Assembly (NCBI GenBank): GCA_051294905.1
Contig: CM119371.1
Coordinates: forward strand, 23,500,001-23,564,000
Reading direction: 5' to 3'
Source: Botryllus schlosseri
Taxonomy: Eukaryota
Length of the DNA stretch: 64,000 nucleotides
Shown here: piece after piece, positions 40,963 through 53,900 of the stretch
How positions within the stretch are numbered: the stretch's first letter is position 1
Layout of the letters: every line of letters starts with the position of its first letter
Program-made: the position numbers and the translations under genes
The notes under the pieces: generated by a model
The model's database searches: none
Seen by the model: only the letters and a program-made list of their open reading frames with translations
What the model was told of the DNA's origin: nothing

Positions 40963-41545
40963 CGGCAACCCTAATATCTCACCTCCGGCAACCCTAATAT
41001 CCCACCTCCACCAACCCTAATATCCCCCCTCCCCCAACCCTAATATCCAACCTCTGGCAACCCTAATATCCCACCTCCGGTAACCCTAATATCCTACCTC
41101 CGGGAACCCTAATATCCAACCTCCGGCAACCCTAATATCCAACCTCCGGCAACCCTAATATCCCACCTCCGGCAACCCTAATATCCCACCTCCGGCAACC
41201 CTAATATCCCACCTCCGGCAACCCTAATATCCCAACTCCACCAACCCTAATATCCCACTCCGGCAACCCTAATATCCCACCTCCGGCAACCGTAATATCC
41301 CACCTCCGGCAACCCTAATATACCACCTCCGGAAACCCTAATATCCCACCTCCGGCAACCCTAATATCCCACCTCCGGCAACCCTACTATCCCACTTCCG
41401 GCAACCCTACTATCCCACCTCCGGCAACCCTAATATCCCACCTCGGGCAACCCTAATATCCCACCTCCACCAACCCTAATATCCCACCTCCCCCAACCCT
41501 AATGTCCCTATCCCCGAACCCTGATGTCTCCCTCCCCCCTATACC
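40963..41545 (+). repeat. 23-bp tandem array GGCAACCCTAATATCCCACCTCC, about 25 copies
   Basis: Period seen directly (41171, 41194, 41217); each unit has one CCCTAA; degenerates toward 41570. Confidence 0.97.
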
Positions 41546-42028
41546 CTACCCAACTCTAACACCCCACCTCAACCTACAGTTGCAATAACGAGCAGACCAC
41601 GCGTGGTTGATATGTGAGCAATAACAATCGTTGATATATATTTTTCATCTGAATAAGTCACACACAATGTACAATGCGATAAGACCCAATGCGACGTCAT
41701 GAACACATACGAGGATGTCGAACGTCGCACGTCCGCGCCTCGCCAAGTCCATTCAACACTGAGGTTTGAGTTCGACGATCTACCGTGCGGACGTGTCTGA
41801 TTACGCGCACTAGGGTTGTTCAGAATTGACCGACTTTCAAAAAGTCCAGGTTTTCAGTCCGATTCCCGTGCCTTATACCTTAAAAACATATTCTGGCTAC
41901 TTTTTTTTGTAACTCGTCCCCTGCATCCGTGTGCACATTGAGCTGGAAGAATAGCAGCTGAAAATAGGGGATTCCCCTAAAATCTGAGTGTCACGATTTT
42001 ATCTAGCCAAGTTAAAGTGACATATAAC

Positions 42029-43244
42029 ATGGATTTATGCAGCTGTTGCGGTTTGGAGTGCTACAAAACCCCACTTTATAAGGCATTGCTAGTTCAGGAT
42101 ATCATTTCCATGTCCCACACTGTCTTAGAACTGCTCAAAACTACCTAAAACTGATAGTCATTTTGTTGGATCACATATCCTACACCCCTCAAACCTACTC
42201 GGCACTGTTCATCAATTTCCCGGATCCCCATGTGCAAATCAGAAAAGGTGTATGGATCGCAACTTTCTGGAACGACGATGAAGGAAGAAACATAAGAGAT
42301 ATGATACACAATGAGCTGAAAAGGAATCCAGAAGCCAAGCATTTCGAAACTATAACGATAGAACTCCAAGGCTTCCGGCCACACACTTGATACTACGTGG
42401 CGTTCCGGCCGAAACAACAAAGGCAACGGTAGAAAACACAGTCAATAGCTACGACTTCGGCAAAATAGTAAATATGACAAGGGTCTACCGAAGAAATACC
42501 AATATATACAACGGGTATACCAACCTGTGGGTTGAAGAGAGTAAGAAAGAAAAGCTACCATCGTACCTGATCGTAGACGGATATACATGCCACATAAAAA
42601 CGGCAGAAGAGGCCTACGCGAAGAAATGCTACCGCTGCAAATCAACTAATCATCTAATTGGAGAATGCCCAACCCCCGCCGAGCCGTACTGCAAAACGTG
42701 CAAAGCAAAGGGCCACGATACAGCAGTCTGTACCGAACCAAATGTACAAAAAGAAGCACCGCAGCCTAACAGACAAGATCATAACCTGCGCAACACGGCT
42801 GCGGAAAGCCAGCGGGACAGGCTAGACGCAGTAAGCCGCACAGAAATACCAGAAGAAACAGTACAGCAAAGGAAAGAAAACAGAAATGAGGACTGGTGGA
42901 ATGCAACGACAAAGAAAAACAAAAGCCAGAAGCAACAACCACCACCAATACCAATGAGACATCGGATAGTACTGAAACCGATAACAGGAACTAAACCAAA
43001 ATTCGTGCCGGAAGCACCGACATCACCACCCAACGAAGACAAGAAAGACACCAATGAAGAAAGCAAAATAACAGACGAAGACGAACTCGATAATGACTCG
43101 CTGATGTCTAGCGGAACACTGAAAAAACCAAGAGCCTCAACCAGCAGCGACGAAATAAGTAAACAAACCAAAGCAAAGAAGGTTGACAGTGAATCTGAAG
43201 AGTCGACAGGCTCCGACGAGACACTGAGCTATAACATCCAATAA
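42029..43244 (+). pseudogene. L1/Tx1 ORF1 (nucleic-acid-binding, two CCHC knuckles), frameshifted
   Basis: CYRCKSTNHLIGEC and CKTCKAKGHDTAVC; N-terminal part split over frames (42163-42390, 42387-43244). Confidence 0.85.
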
Positions 43245-46200
43245 CCATCAAAATTGTCAGTATCAACGTGGGATGTCAGGAAAACTCGAGGATATTGAAA
43301 AGTACATAAATGACTCAAAAATGGACTTTATGCTAGTGCAAGAAACTCACAGAGTGGATTATAACAAACTAAGCACCTGGACAGAAAAAAATGAGATATA
43401 CGATCTTCGTCAACTCAAAGACCAAGAGAAGACAATACGACGGCACCGCGATACTAGTGAGATCGGACTGGCAAGGTCAAATCCTTTCAAATGTAAACAT
43501 TATAGAAAATCGAGCCCAATGCCTATACGTCCAACTAGATCAATGCCCCATAGCAATAATCAACATATACGCCCCATCCGGGCTAGGAACAGAAGCCCGT
43601 CATAAAAGAGTCAACTTCCTGACTGAACTGAGTCGACATATCAATGAAATCGATATATCCAATATTATGGGAAAAGACTTTAACGTTGTACTAGACGAAA
43701 AAGATATCAAAGATAAAAGAAACTTCAAAAACAGAACTGGGACAAATATACTAAGAAAGATCATAGAAGAAACCCATATGATCGACATATTTAGGCACAA
43801 ATACCCAAAGAAGCAAATGTATACCCACGTAACCAGTTATAACTCGACAAGACTCGATAGAATATATATAACAAGAGAACTGTTAGATGACGTCTTCTTT
43901 GCAGGTCACGAAAATAATTTTGTCGCTGACCATATAAGCCCCACAATGGGAATAGAGATAAATCCCACTACCCGATGGCATAAAAGGAATTGGAAATGCA
44001 ACAATTACCTGCTGCGTGATGAAACGTATAAAGACATCATAGCCAATCTTGTCGACACAGAAGAGGCCACAATAGAGAAATACGAGTCGCTCCAAGAGTG
44101 GTGGGACACGCTAAAAGCAAAAATAGCGAATATAAGCAAGAGGCACGAAATTGATAAAAATAAGAACTGTGACGAGAATACCAAATACCAAAAACTAAAT
44201 GGTAAACTCAAAATGTTAACGAGATGCGATATTTTTAAAGGAGAAAGGAACCAGCAAAGAACTTTCTGGTCCCAATTCCAAAAGCGAAGAAAGCAAACTG
44301 AGATGAAAAAGCTACAGCTTGAAGACGGTTCAATAACAGCGGATAAACAAAAAATCGCTAACGAGATACAATCTTTCTACCTAGACTTATGGACGAGACA
44401 CAGAGAAAGCAATCAAGCCAATCAAGAAGATTACCTGGTATCCTACGAGCACGGCACAACACAGCAACAATCGAACGAATGGCAACCACCCGTACAAAGT
44501 GAAGAAATCCTGCAGGCACTCAAAACAATGAAAAGAGGAAAATCACCAGCACCAGACGGTCTCACGGTAGAGTTTTATCTCACAACATGGAAGACGGTAC
44601 GTACAACACTAACTCAGATAATAAATAACGCCATACTATTTGGAAAAATACCCAAAAGCTGGAATGGGGCAAAAGTCATATTAATTCACAAGGGAAAAGA
44701 GAATCACAAACTAAAAAATTGGAGACCAATATCTCTGCTCAACATAGATTATAAAATAATGGCAAAAATCCTAAATCACGGATTAACTCAAGAAATCCGG
44801 GACTCGATCAACAAATCTCAAAAAGCCGGAATACCAGGAAGAAAAATGGAAGCAGTCCTGAACAACATCAATGCTGCCCTACGATACCATGAAGACAAAC
44901 CGATACAAGGATATATCATGACGATAGACGCCAGCAAAGCCTTTGACAAGGTAGATCATCGCATGTTATTAAATATCCTAGAACGACTCCCAGTCCAACC
45001 CCAGACTATAAACGCGATTCGCGCAATATACAAAGAACCAACAGCCACAATTGAAATCAATGGCTACGAAGCAGCGACCATTCCATATACGAGGGGCATC
45101 CGACAAGGGTGTCCCCTCAGCATGACGCTCTACGCGATTAGTGCCGACCCATTGGCTCGTAAAATAGATCAAAACGACCTAATAAGTGGCATCCGCATAG
45201 GTAACATAAGACACAAAATAGACCAATTCGCGGACGACATCACGTTATACCTCAGCAACATCGAATCGATAACAGAAGCCTTTAATGAGTTCTCAAGTCT
45301 CTGTAGAATCACAGGACAAGACATTAATACCGAAAAGACCGAAATCCTAGCGCTCAACCCAACATCACAAACTCGCCTACGAGACTCCAGGCACGCACAC
45401 TATGCCAAACAGACAATCAAAATCATTGGGATATATTATGGTGATGATGCAAGGGAATCGAACCACGACAATCTCATCAAGGATATGAAGAAACATGCGG
45501 CCTATATCAAGTCCATAAAACTATCCTGGATAGGAAAAACGCAGGTGATCAAATCATATCTAATGACCAAGATAACATTTGTATATTACAATATTCAGAT
45601 TACCAAGAAGCAAGGAAAAGCACTCGAACGAATCATATATGACTTACTATGGTCCCCAGAAAAGATCGAATCGAAATCGAGAAACACTCTCATTAAGCCG
45701 AAAGAGCATGGTGGAATCGGATTCCCAGACGTAATCACTACAATACAAGCCAGGAATGTCAAACGCCTCCAAGAAATAGCGAACACCACCTCGCCAAACG
45801 AGATATGGCATGGAGAAGCTATCTATAATCTTGGAACCAAGGTGAAAACAATAAATAATAACCTCTACAGCAACTCCTTCCCACACAGATATACGCCAAC
45901 TAAGAACTGGACGGAAGAAAAGAGGATATATGAGCTACTACAGAACGACGACACACCAACTCGAGAATTAAACCAAAAAGAAATCTACGCCGCGCTAATC
46001 AAGATCAAAACGAAACATGGTGACCACGAGATCCCGAAGTGTACAGAAATATGGCTACATGAAGAACATATCAGACACCATATCACAAACCAGCAGAGGG
46101 TAACATCATACAGAATAAATGCCGAAGCCTATTTTACAGGAGCAAAAAAGACCAGGCCCGATGGACATGGAGAAATGGGCAAGCACCCAAAAACAACTGC

Positions 46201-46530
46201 TAATTCTGTCGAAAAGATCAAGACACTATGCACCATATTTTCACGATATGCCCTATTTATAGAAAACTCTTCTACAGTGTCAGAGCCGATCTAGAAGAAA
46301 AGCTGAGAACCGACATAAACGTATCCACCGTCGACCTCCTCCACAACACATATGTGGGCCAGCACAAGAAAATCGTAATCACAACCGTCGCAAATATGAA
46401 GATGAATGTGTGGAGATGGAAGAAGACCCTTGACATCACGAACGAATATGAAAATGACGCGAATACCAAGATCGAGCATATACGAAAAGACCTCCAGACA
46501 CAAACCAGACGACAATGGGACAGAGGATAA
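43245..46530 (+). pseudogene. L1/Tx1 ORF2 (AP endonuclease, reverse transcriptase), frameshifted
   Basis: SINV, VQETH, NIYAP, GKDFN, RLDRIY, DH (APE); KSPAPDG, NWRPISLLNIDYKI, IDASKAFDKVDH, GIRQGCPLS, QFADD (RT); HHIFTICP finger. Frameshifts near 43270, 43390 and about 46150-46200. Confidence 0.95.
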
Positions 46531-47237
46531 AGAAAACGCGATAGACTGCCGAACCACCGACGCGCGCGCAAACGAACTAAAAATCTACGATATCATAGAT
46601 ACGTAGAACGCGGATATATATATAATACGATGAAAATGATTATGTCAAAATCTTATTATTCATGCTATGTGCTAATTTGTACTACCGCCGAATCTTGTTT
46701 TTGACTACCTACGCATTATTATCTCTCTTTCACGCAATAAATAAATAAATGAATATAAACCCCCGACCCACCATCACCACGAATTACTAACCCTCCTCCC
46801 CAACCCCCTCCCCCCCCCCCCGAACAGGAAATCAATTAGGAGAAAGGACACCCAACCATCCAGTCACCACAAAGTCTATGATTATCAGAACCATACGGCA
46901 ACATAATATCAATTGGAGTCAGGCAATAATAGAGTTACAACCAACCACCCAAAAGTGGGTAGAAGAAAAAATTTGGAAAAACCCAAACAACAGGAGAAGC
47001 CGATTGACGCGCATCAATAGGTTTCGTCCCACAGTCACAATAAACCCTGAAAATTTCTAAACATATAGCTAGCGACCACACCCCCTTTTTGCTAAAGATG
47101 AATGTCATCTACCAAATAGCAAACATCCTTAAACCCAAACCAATACCGCCCCTAATAGCCGCTTGCCTATATATTGTTTGTCTGTTATGTACTGCACATT
47201 TACTTTATTTTAATAAACCACTAAAAGAACACTGAGC

Positions 47238-48449
47238 CGACCACGCAATCGTGATCACGTGATCTGATCACGCCGTGACTGCGTGATCTACGCATGCCCC
47301 GGCCTCCTTACAAGATTGACAAATCAGTTGATAATAACTAGGGCCATTTAAAGTCATATTTTTTTCTATGCATCAGTAAGTCGTGAAATCAATTTTAACG
47401 CAAAAACCGCATCCATATGGGGTATATTAAGAAAGTTATAAAGTCATATTTTTCTGGTTAGGTCATATTTGAGTTATAAAGTCATATTGTTGTATACTTT
47501 AAATAAAAAGTGCCAATTGAAGCAATTACGCACTAAGAAAGTAAGGCAATTTCTGCTTGAACAAAGGCAAACTGTAAGGTTAGCCTACATAGCATTACAG
47601 TCGCAGACCTACGAGGTCACACATTGCATTATGAGGTCACACATTGCATTGTGTTGCTACACAATCTGTTTTACTTCTGTGCACTGAAATGGGACGTCAT
47701 TTGACGTTCAGAGACTTCCACAAGTGAAAGAAATAGTCAACGCATGGGAAGCTCAAGGAGCGTCAAAGAGTCAGTGAACGATCCAAAGTTGACGAGTTAA
47801 CAGAAATATGCCTCCACTACAACAATATTTCAACAGAAATATGCCTCCATTACAACAATATTTCAAACTTGATACTGAAAATGGAAATTGAATAGTATAT
47901 TCATATTGAAATGAACCCGAATATTTTCGGCCGACACTCGTCAGGGGTAATCGTCAGCAACTAGTAGAGAATTGGATCAACAATCGTATCACAAAATATG
48001 ACGTCACCAGCATGAAGGAGAGAGCGTTCAATGTACTATTTTTAGGTGGTACACGAACACCTTTTGTTGACAGAGTTGTTTAAGTTTAAGTTGACAAAGT
48101 GGTTTAAAATAAAAATCGATGCGTATTACTGTTATGTTGTTTATGTTTTACTCTTCAGTTCCATGAGCGACGTTGGTTACATGTAAAAATACACGATTTT
48201 CGCATAAAGTCATATAAAGTCATATTTTCCCAAAAATAAAGTCATATAATTGATTTTTTAAGGTCATATAAAAATGGCCCTAATAATAACATTATTAGTT
48301 TAATATTTCATATTAATACTTGTTAATACACTTGATTACAAAATTTCCGAGGGCGGAATTCACCGAGGGCCGAGTTCATCGAGGGCCGGGTTCACCGAGG
48401 TCCGAGTTTGTAAGGCCGGGTTCACCGAGGTTAGAGTTCACCGGCAACC
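47238..48449 (+). mobile_element. Right arm of a Merlin-like non-autonomous DNA element (host of the L1)
   Basis: Reverse-complement match to 58633 to about 58830; ends ...GTTCACCGGCAACC; 41590-41619 matches the adjoining part of the same family. Confidence 0.75.
47339..48282. mobile_element. hAT MITE, AAAGTCATA-motif family
   Basis: TAGGGCCATTT / AAATGGCCCTA; TSD ATAATAAC. Confidence 0.92.
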
Positions 48450-49700
48450 GAGATAAGTACCGGGATGTGTTTGCTTCGCATTTAAAGGTTGAAGTGTTGT
48501 AACAACTGGGGCCAAATACTGGTCAGGCGCAACGGTTGCTAGAGACATTTTGTAAAATTGTTTTTGTAGTAGTCCTTAATTTTCTAGATAATGTCTACTT
48601 ATGAAATCTAGTTACTCGAGTAATTTTCCAAAATAAAAATGAGAAGACCGTGTTGGTGGTACACAGAGGGCTCCATCGTTGAACGGGTGGGCATCGTGCA
48701 ATTGCTATGATTTAGGAGAATTGTGGTTGGTCATAGGCGACGTACAGGACGGAGTGTTATGCTACAGTATTTGACCGTACCAATGTACCGCACTTCTTAC
48801 TGCTCCCTCATTCTGAAGTTGGATTCGTATTGTTGCTATGTTATTAATTGATCGCATTGTATTTTCAATGTTGTTTTATCTCTGATATTTTCATGCATAC
48901 CGAAAAAGTTGTGATTCCGTCGCTTTTATTCAAATGAGGCGAGCAATTATTAGTTCAGTTCACCATAGATGTATGTTAACCGCACCATCGCGCTGTGCTT
49001 TGAACATGCATTTAAATTGCGTCTTTTTGCGAAAGGCTAGGTTTCAGTTGTATGGAAATAATTCTGTCTATAATTTTCCCATCCTGGACTATTTAATCAT
49101 TGATGAATGGAGGAAACAGGGTACATGAATCCGTTTCCACATCTGGCTCCGTAAATTTCCAAGTTCCGCGCATTTGATATTGGCAGAAAAAACTTCAGTA
49201 GAAGGCTTCGGTAACAAACGGATCACTCCATGACTCCGCAATCCAACGGAGATTTTTTTCAATAATTGAATATACTAATATGTATGGCGTCGCGTGGTAA
49301 ACCAACAGTAAGCGTCCACATTCACAGTATATATTGAAGATGCCCAGTTCGCAAAATCTTAAAATGCATCGTTATGTTTTGTACACCGAAAAGTGTCTTC
49401 GCCCAACTATCTAGATATTGTGTGGATAAATTTCTAGTTCGTTTCAATTTATCTTCCAACGCTGCTGCTCACCTTCACAGAGCCCATATATATTGCTTTA
49501 TTTTGGAATATTTACGATTATCACAGATAACCGTCTTTAAAGACAACACAATCGTTCGGCATGATGTTTTTTAGGATATGCTCCGCAATTTGTGGCTTCT
49601 GCTGGAATCAAAGGGACTGTGAAGCGATCAACGTCTTGATGCTAATGAACAGTGTGACATCAACGTATACGACTGTAGTCCACTGGCAGTACGGTGACTG
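48450..49700 (+). repeat. Segmental duplication copy 2, carrying a truncated XK-like 5' fragment (49561-49700)
   Basis: MMFFRICSAICGFCWNQRDCEAINVLMLMNSVTSTYTTVVHWQYG is nearly identical to the 39913 ORF start; cut at 49700 by a MITE. Confidence 0.93.
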
Positions 49701-49936
49701 CCCAGTAAACACAGTACAGACCAAAGATGTAGAAAGCCGAGCCTGATATAGTAGATATTAGATCTCGGCAGGTCGTAGAAAGGGGGATTTTGTGTCGACT
49801 CAATTCAATGTCTTTTCCATGTCCTTCAATAATGTAAATATTATGCAGATGCTACAGCCTTTAAACACGGTGAGTAGAATGTAGATCCTACATTAGAAGA
49901 AGATCCTGATATAATAACCTGTTTTCTACCACTGGG
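49701..49936. mobile_element. Small CCCAG...CTGGG TIR element (CMC/EnSpm-like termini)
   Basis: CCCAGTAAACACAG / CTGTTTTCTACCACTGGG; no matching TSD, consistent with a rearrangement breakpoint. Confidence 0.55.
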
Positions 49937-50921
49937 CATAACCTGATTACGACTGCGTACACACACCACCTGATCTACTACATATTAATCACATTTGTGT
50001 TAATTTAATTGTAAACGAATTGGCAATAATGCCGTTGTAAAAAATGAAACGAACAAACGAACGAATGCCCGAAGAAAGAAACTGAAAACAGTCCGTATCA
50101 TCAGGTTTCATCTTCTGATGAGCTGGATAAATAACCCTGCGGCCTTTTCTTTTCAACACCCTGGAGAAATAAAATGAAAATTACGATTAATAGCTAAGAC
50201 ATTCGTACTGCGAAAATGGCAGAGGTAGCGAGTAACGAATGACTCCTACATTTTTTTCGCCCATACTTACTAAAATGGATTTGATTCAGAACTATTTCCA
50301 CTCAGGTTTTCAAGTTTTAGTATTATATTTTTTAATATTATATGACTAGAGAACTGACTTCAATCGCCACTTCTACTTGATTATCAAGATCAACGATGAC
50401 TACTTCAGCAATCTTTGAAAACAGCCACTAACACAAAAAGAATTCTTGACTAAAATTTCTTCACATTCTGTCAAAAATGATCAGTTCAACAATCTAAATG
50501 AATCAGTTATTTGGCAGCTAGTTGGAGAGATATATACTCAAGTCTAGAAAGTGGAATGATACTCTGCCTGGAAAGCTGAAGACCTAACAATATTGTGTAC
50601 AGAGAACAAAACATTTGAGTGGCGGCACTGGTATAGACATAAACAAATTATTAGAATTGACAGCAAGATAACCAGCAAGACATTAAAATGAGAATTAGTG
50701 CAGTTTCTTTGGCTGTAGTGATACTCAGCCAGTAATTGACCTAGCAGAGAGCAAAACGTTGCAAAAAAAGCGAGCGAAACCTCCGACAAATGATACGATA
50801 AAACATTAGAATCGACAGTCTTACTAGAAGCAGAATAACAATCGTGAGGGGTTAGAAAACAGAAGCCCGGGAAGTGACCATCAGAAATTACTGCATACTG
50901 GCCGAACAAATCCATGACCAC

Positions 50922-53900
50922 TAGGGTTGTCCATAATTTGGAAAATCTCAAAATGTATGCGTATCCATGTCTCATTTTATAGATTATAGATAAAAAAACG
51001 TCAATGAACCTGCAATAAGCTCACAGGAAAGTCGTTAACATTTGTCTAAATGCGTTTGAAAGTAGCTGCCGTAGAGTGGGCGTGTCAGCGACCATAGAAC
51101 GGCAAGCAGACTAGTAATCACGAAATCACGGCGCTTGATTGGCTAATCTGCTATGCTTCAATGATCACGACGGTGGCGGCTTGCTGATCAGCTGGTCAAG
51201 GAGTCGGCTAACGGCGGCATAGGCGCCGACTTACGCGGTTACGAGGTGGCGCAGCCACCTCGTGAGCATATTTGTGAGGTGGTGGCCACCTCGTACAAAA
51301 TGCTCAAACGCCAAAGTGATTTGTGACCAGTAATTAGTAATCAGGCGAATCGATGCGGCCTCGTTAGAGACGTCTTCGATTTCGATACGCGCATGTGCCA
51401 GGCTCCTAGCCACGGGGTTTAGGGGGTCGAACTGCCCTATTTGAAACGCGAAATCCCGTCATTTTGAAATGATCATTCTAACTCTAATACCCAGTTGCAA
51501 TTATCAGTGTTCCGCGCGGCTGATTTGCGAGAAACGTGTTGTCAATTAGGGAGAAAAGTCTGTTATGATCTCCCGCTGAGATGGTTGCGAAATTAGGTCA
51601 TTCATTCCCGTGCGCGTGGCAATCGTCGCTAGCCTGATTTATCGCGTATCGAGCTAGCCTGGTTCCGCCGGCTTGAACAATCGCATCTGCAATAGGCCCA
51701 GTTCACACTAATCATCGCTTGCCTGCGCAATCGCATCTACATTGGCCGCTTCGGCCTGGTGTGCACGATATCATAGCTGGCCCACACAATAGCATCTGCA
51801 ATAGGCCTGGTGCGAAAGCTATCATTGCTGGCCTAACTATCGCGTCTCGGGCATAACATGCTTTGGCTCCTATCTCTCGCTGGTTTTGAGACAATGCGGT
51901 CGAGTTTACGCTAATTAGTGATTGTTTTATCATATTGATTAAAAAGCGACATCAAGAAACTGAGTAAAATCGATTTGCTGCAAACAGACTTTAATGTGCG
52001 TAATTGATTCCCGCTAATACTTAAACGTAACGATCAGAAGATGTGTATCATGGCTCGAATTCTGAAAGGCGACAAAGGTTTGAAATCGTTGCCATCAAGT
52101 TCAGATTTCCGAAAACTGTCGCCGAGACTGCGTAATACGCGCGCGTATTTAATTGTTCACCAAATATCAGGGACTCGCTAATTGACAGCACTCCCGGACT
52201 CTTTGGCAAGCTTATCATACGCCTAAAATCGTCAATACGAAGAGATTATATGATCGCCATTTACACATGTACTTAACCCGAATTGATTTGATGCTATATT
52301 GGTAAATTTGAAAAAAATTCAAGTCACCCTAATTTTTCGACTGGCTACGCGCCTAGCGTGTACTGAGAAGCACCATCCTAGATCTCCTCTTCCGACCAGG
52401 CGCCCAAATAGACGTTCTCCTTTTCTGAAATCTAAATTATGCGCGCCCAGCCCATATTCGTTTACAAAACCATTCATGAGCTAGCTAGCTTCGTAATAGT
52501 CTTGGTAATCGGAGCGCGAAATTGGAGGGTGTGTTGGTGTGTGCCGGCAAATTAGAATTCATTTCTGCGCAGATTCGTTTCTCTAACAAGGCTTTGCCAG
52601 TTACGTTAATCGGGAAATGCAGCAATACAGCCTAAACACCGATATAATGAGAAAACAATTGTCGCGACGAAAGCTACTCAATATGGTGTCAGACTCAAAA
52701 CCCATTCGTGGCGATTCTGGTCAGAATGCACGCTTTCTCATTTGCCATCAGCCCATCATCCATATTACTTGTTATCTACTGGATACATTCGTACTCCGAA
52801 ATTGTCGCATAAAGTCATTTTTCAGTGTTCCTTTCATTATTAACGTACAGTAGGCCACGCCATGCCATTGTCAAATATTGATGCATCACAAGATTCTGGG
52901 TGGCACAAATTCTGATTTTATTCGATTCGTTTGAACAACGATAAACTTGATTGCTGGATGTAGCCTACTCTTTATCGAGAACAACAATATCGAATATTAA
53001 TTAAACTATTAGGCATTAGGTGGACAGCGGATTTCTATTGATAAGATCGCGGCATGCGCCCGGAAGTGGAATTAACTCTAGCCCAGGGGTGGCCAACCTG
53101 CGGCCGTAGAAGCAAATTTGTGCGGCTATCAACACGTAATTTATTTGGTATTAGTGGCGGCCGTCGACATGCAAATTGAATTTGCGAATTGACCAATGTA
53201 CTCCCGGAATGCTTCGCGAAAGTAAATCGGGAAATGCATCAATGCCGCCCAAATCGCTGTTATAATCAGCAAACAATTGCCGCGATGCGAGTTGGTCAAC
53301 GCGAAGCAAGAAATCGCAATAGACAATTACTGATTGAAATATTCGAGAGTTGTCGTGTGTTACTTGCAAGGCCAGTGCGTATTGTATTTCGTTACTCAAC
53401 AGGACGAATGGCGCGTGAATAACATTGATGCAACTGCAGATCATCAGTGACGTGAATTCTGACTTTTGTTCGATGCATTCCGTCGGTAGCGCAGGCCGCA
53501 GTTACACTTTCGAATGATCGTACCGTTTCAAGATGCCATTTAATAATCGACTGCATGGTTTGATATTAATGAGTGCATGGCCGATATTAAAACGTCACGC
53601 GAATGGTTTAACTCTGCACGTACGCCAGCGGCATGTAGTAAAGTACGTTTTCGTGCCACGATGACGTCATCGATATGTAACAATTATGACGTCACAAGAC
53701 TTCGCCACCTCGTAAAAAAATAAAAGTCGGCGCCTATGAACGGCGGTGATTCTGTAAGCGCATTGTAGGTTGGTCCGCAGATAATGATTCAAGCTTAATT
53801 CAGAACATGTCGAGTGACGAAATACATGATGAACAAAGAACAGCTGCTTCACAAAAACTTCAAATACATGACTTGATGGCTTATTGTGAAGGCAACCGTT

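Larger units (their letters stand above)
41620..47232 (+). mobile_element. Near full-length L1/Tx1-clade non-LTR retrotransposon
   Basis: ORF1 with zinc knuckles, ORF2 with APE + RT + C-terminal Cys/His finger, 3' UTR with AATAAA motifs; candidate TSD TGAGC (41615-41619, 47233-47237); Inr-like CATTC at 41750 with GGACGTG downstream. Confidence 0.93.

Noticed and set aside
40963..41545. CRISPR array or true telomere
   Set aside because: Head-to-tail repeats without unique spacers, no cas genes, eukaryotic context; only one CCCTAA per 23 bp and unique DNA on both sides.
42145..46571. Minus-strand ORFs over the L1
   Set aside because: Antisense shadows of the A-rich ORF1/ORF2 frames.
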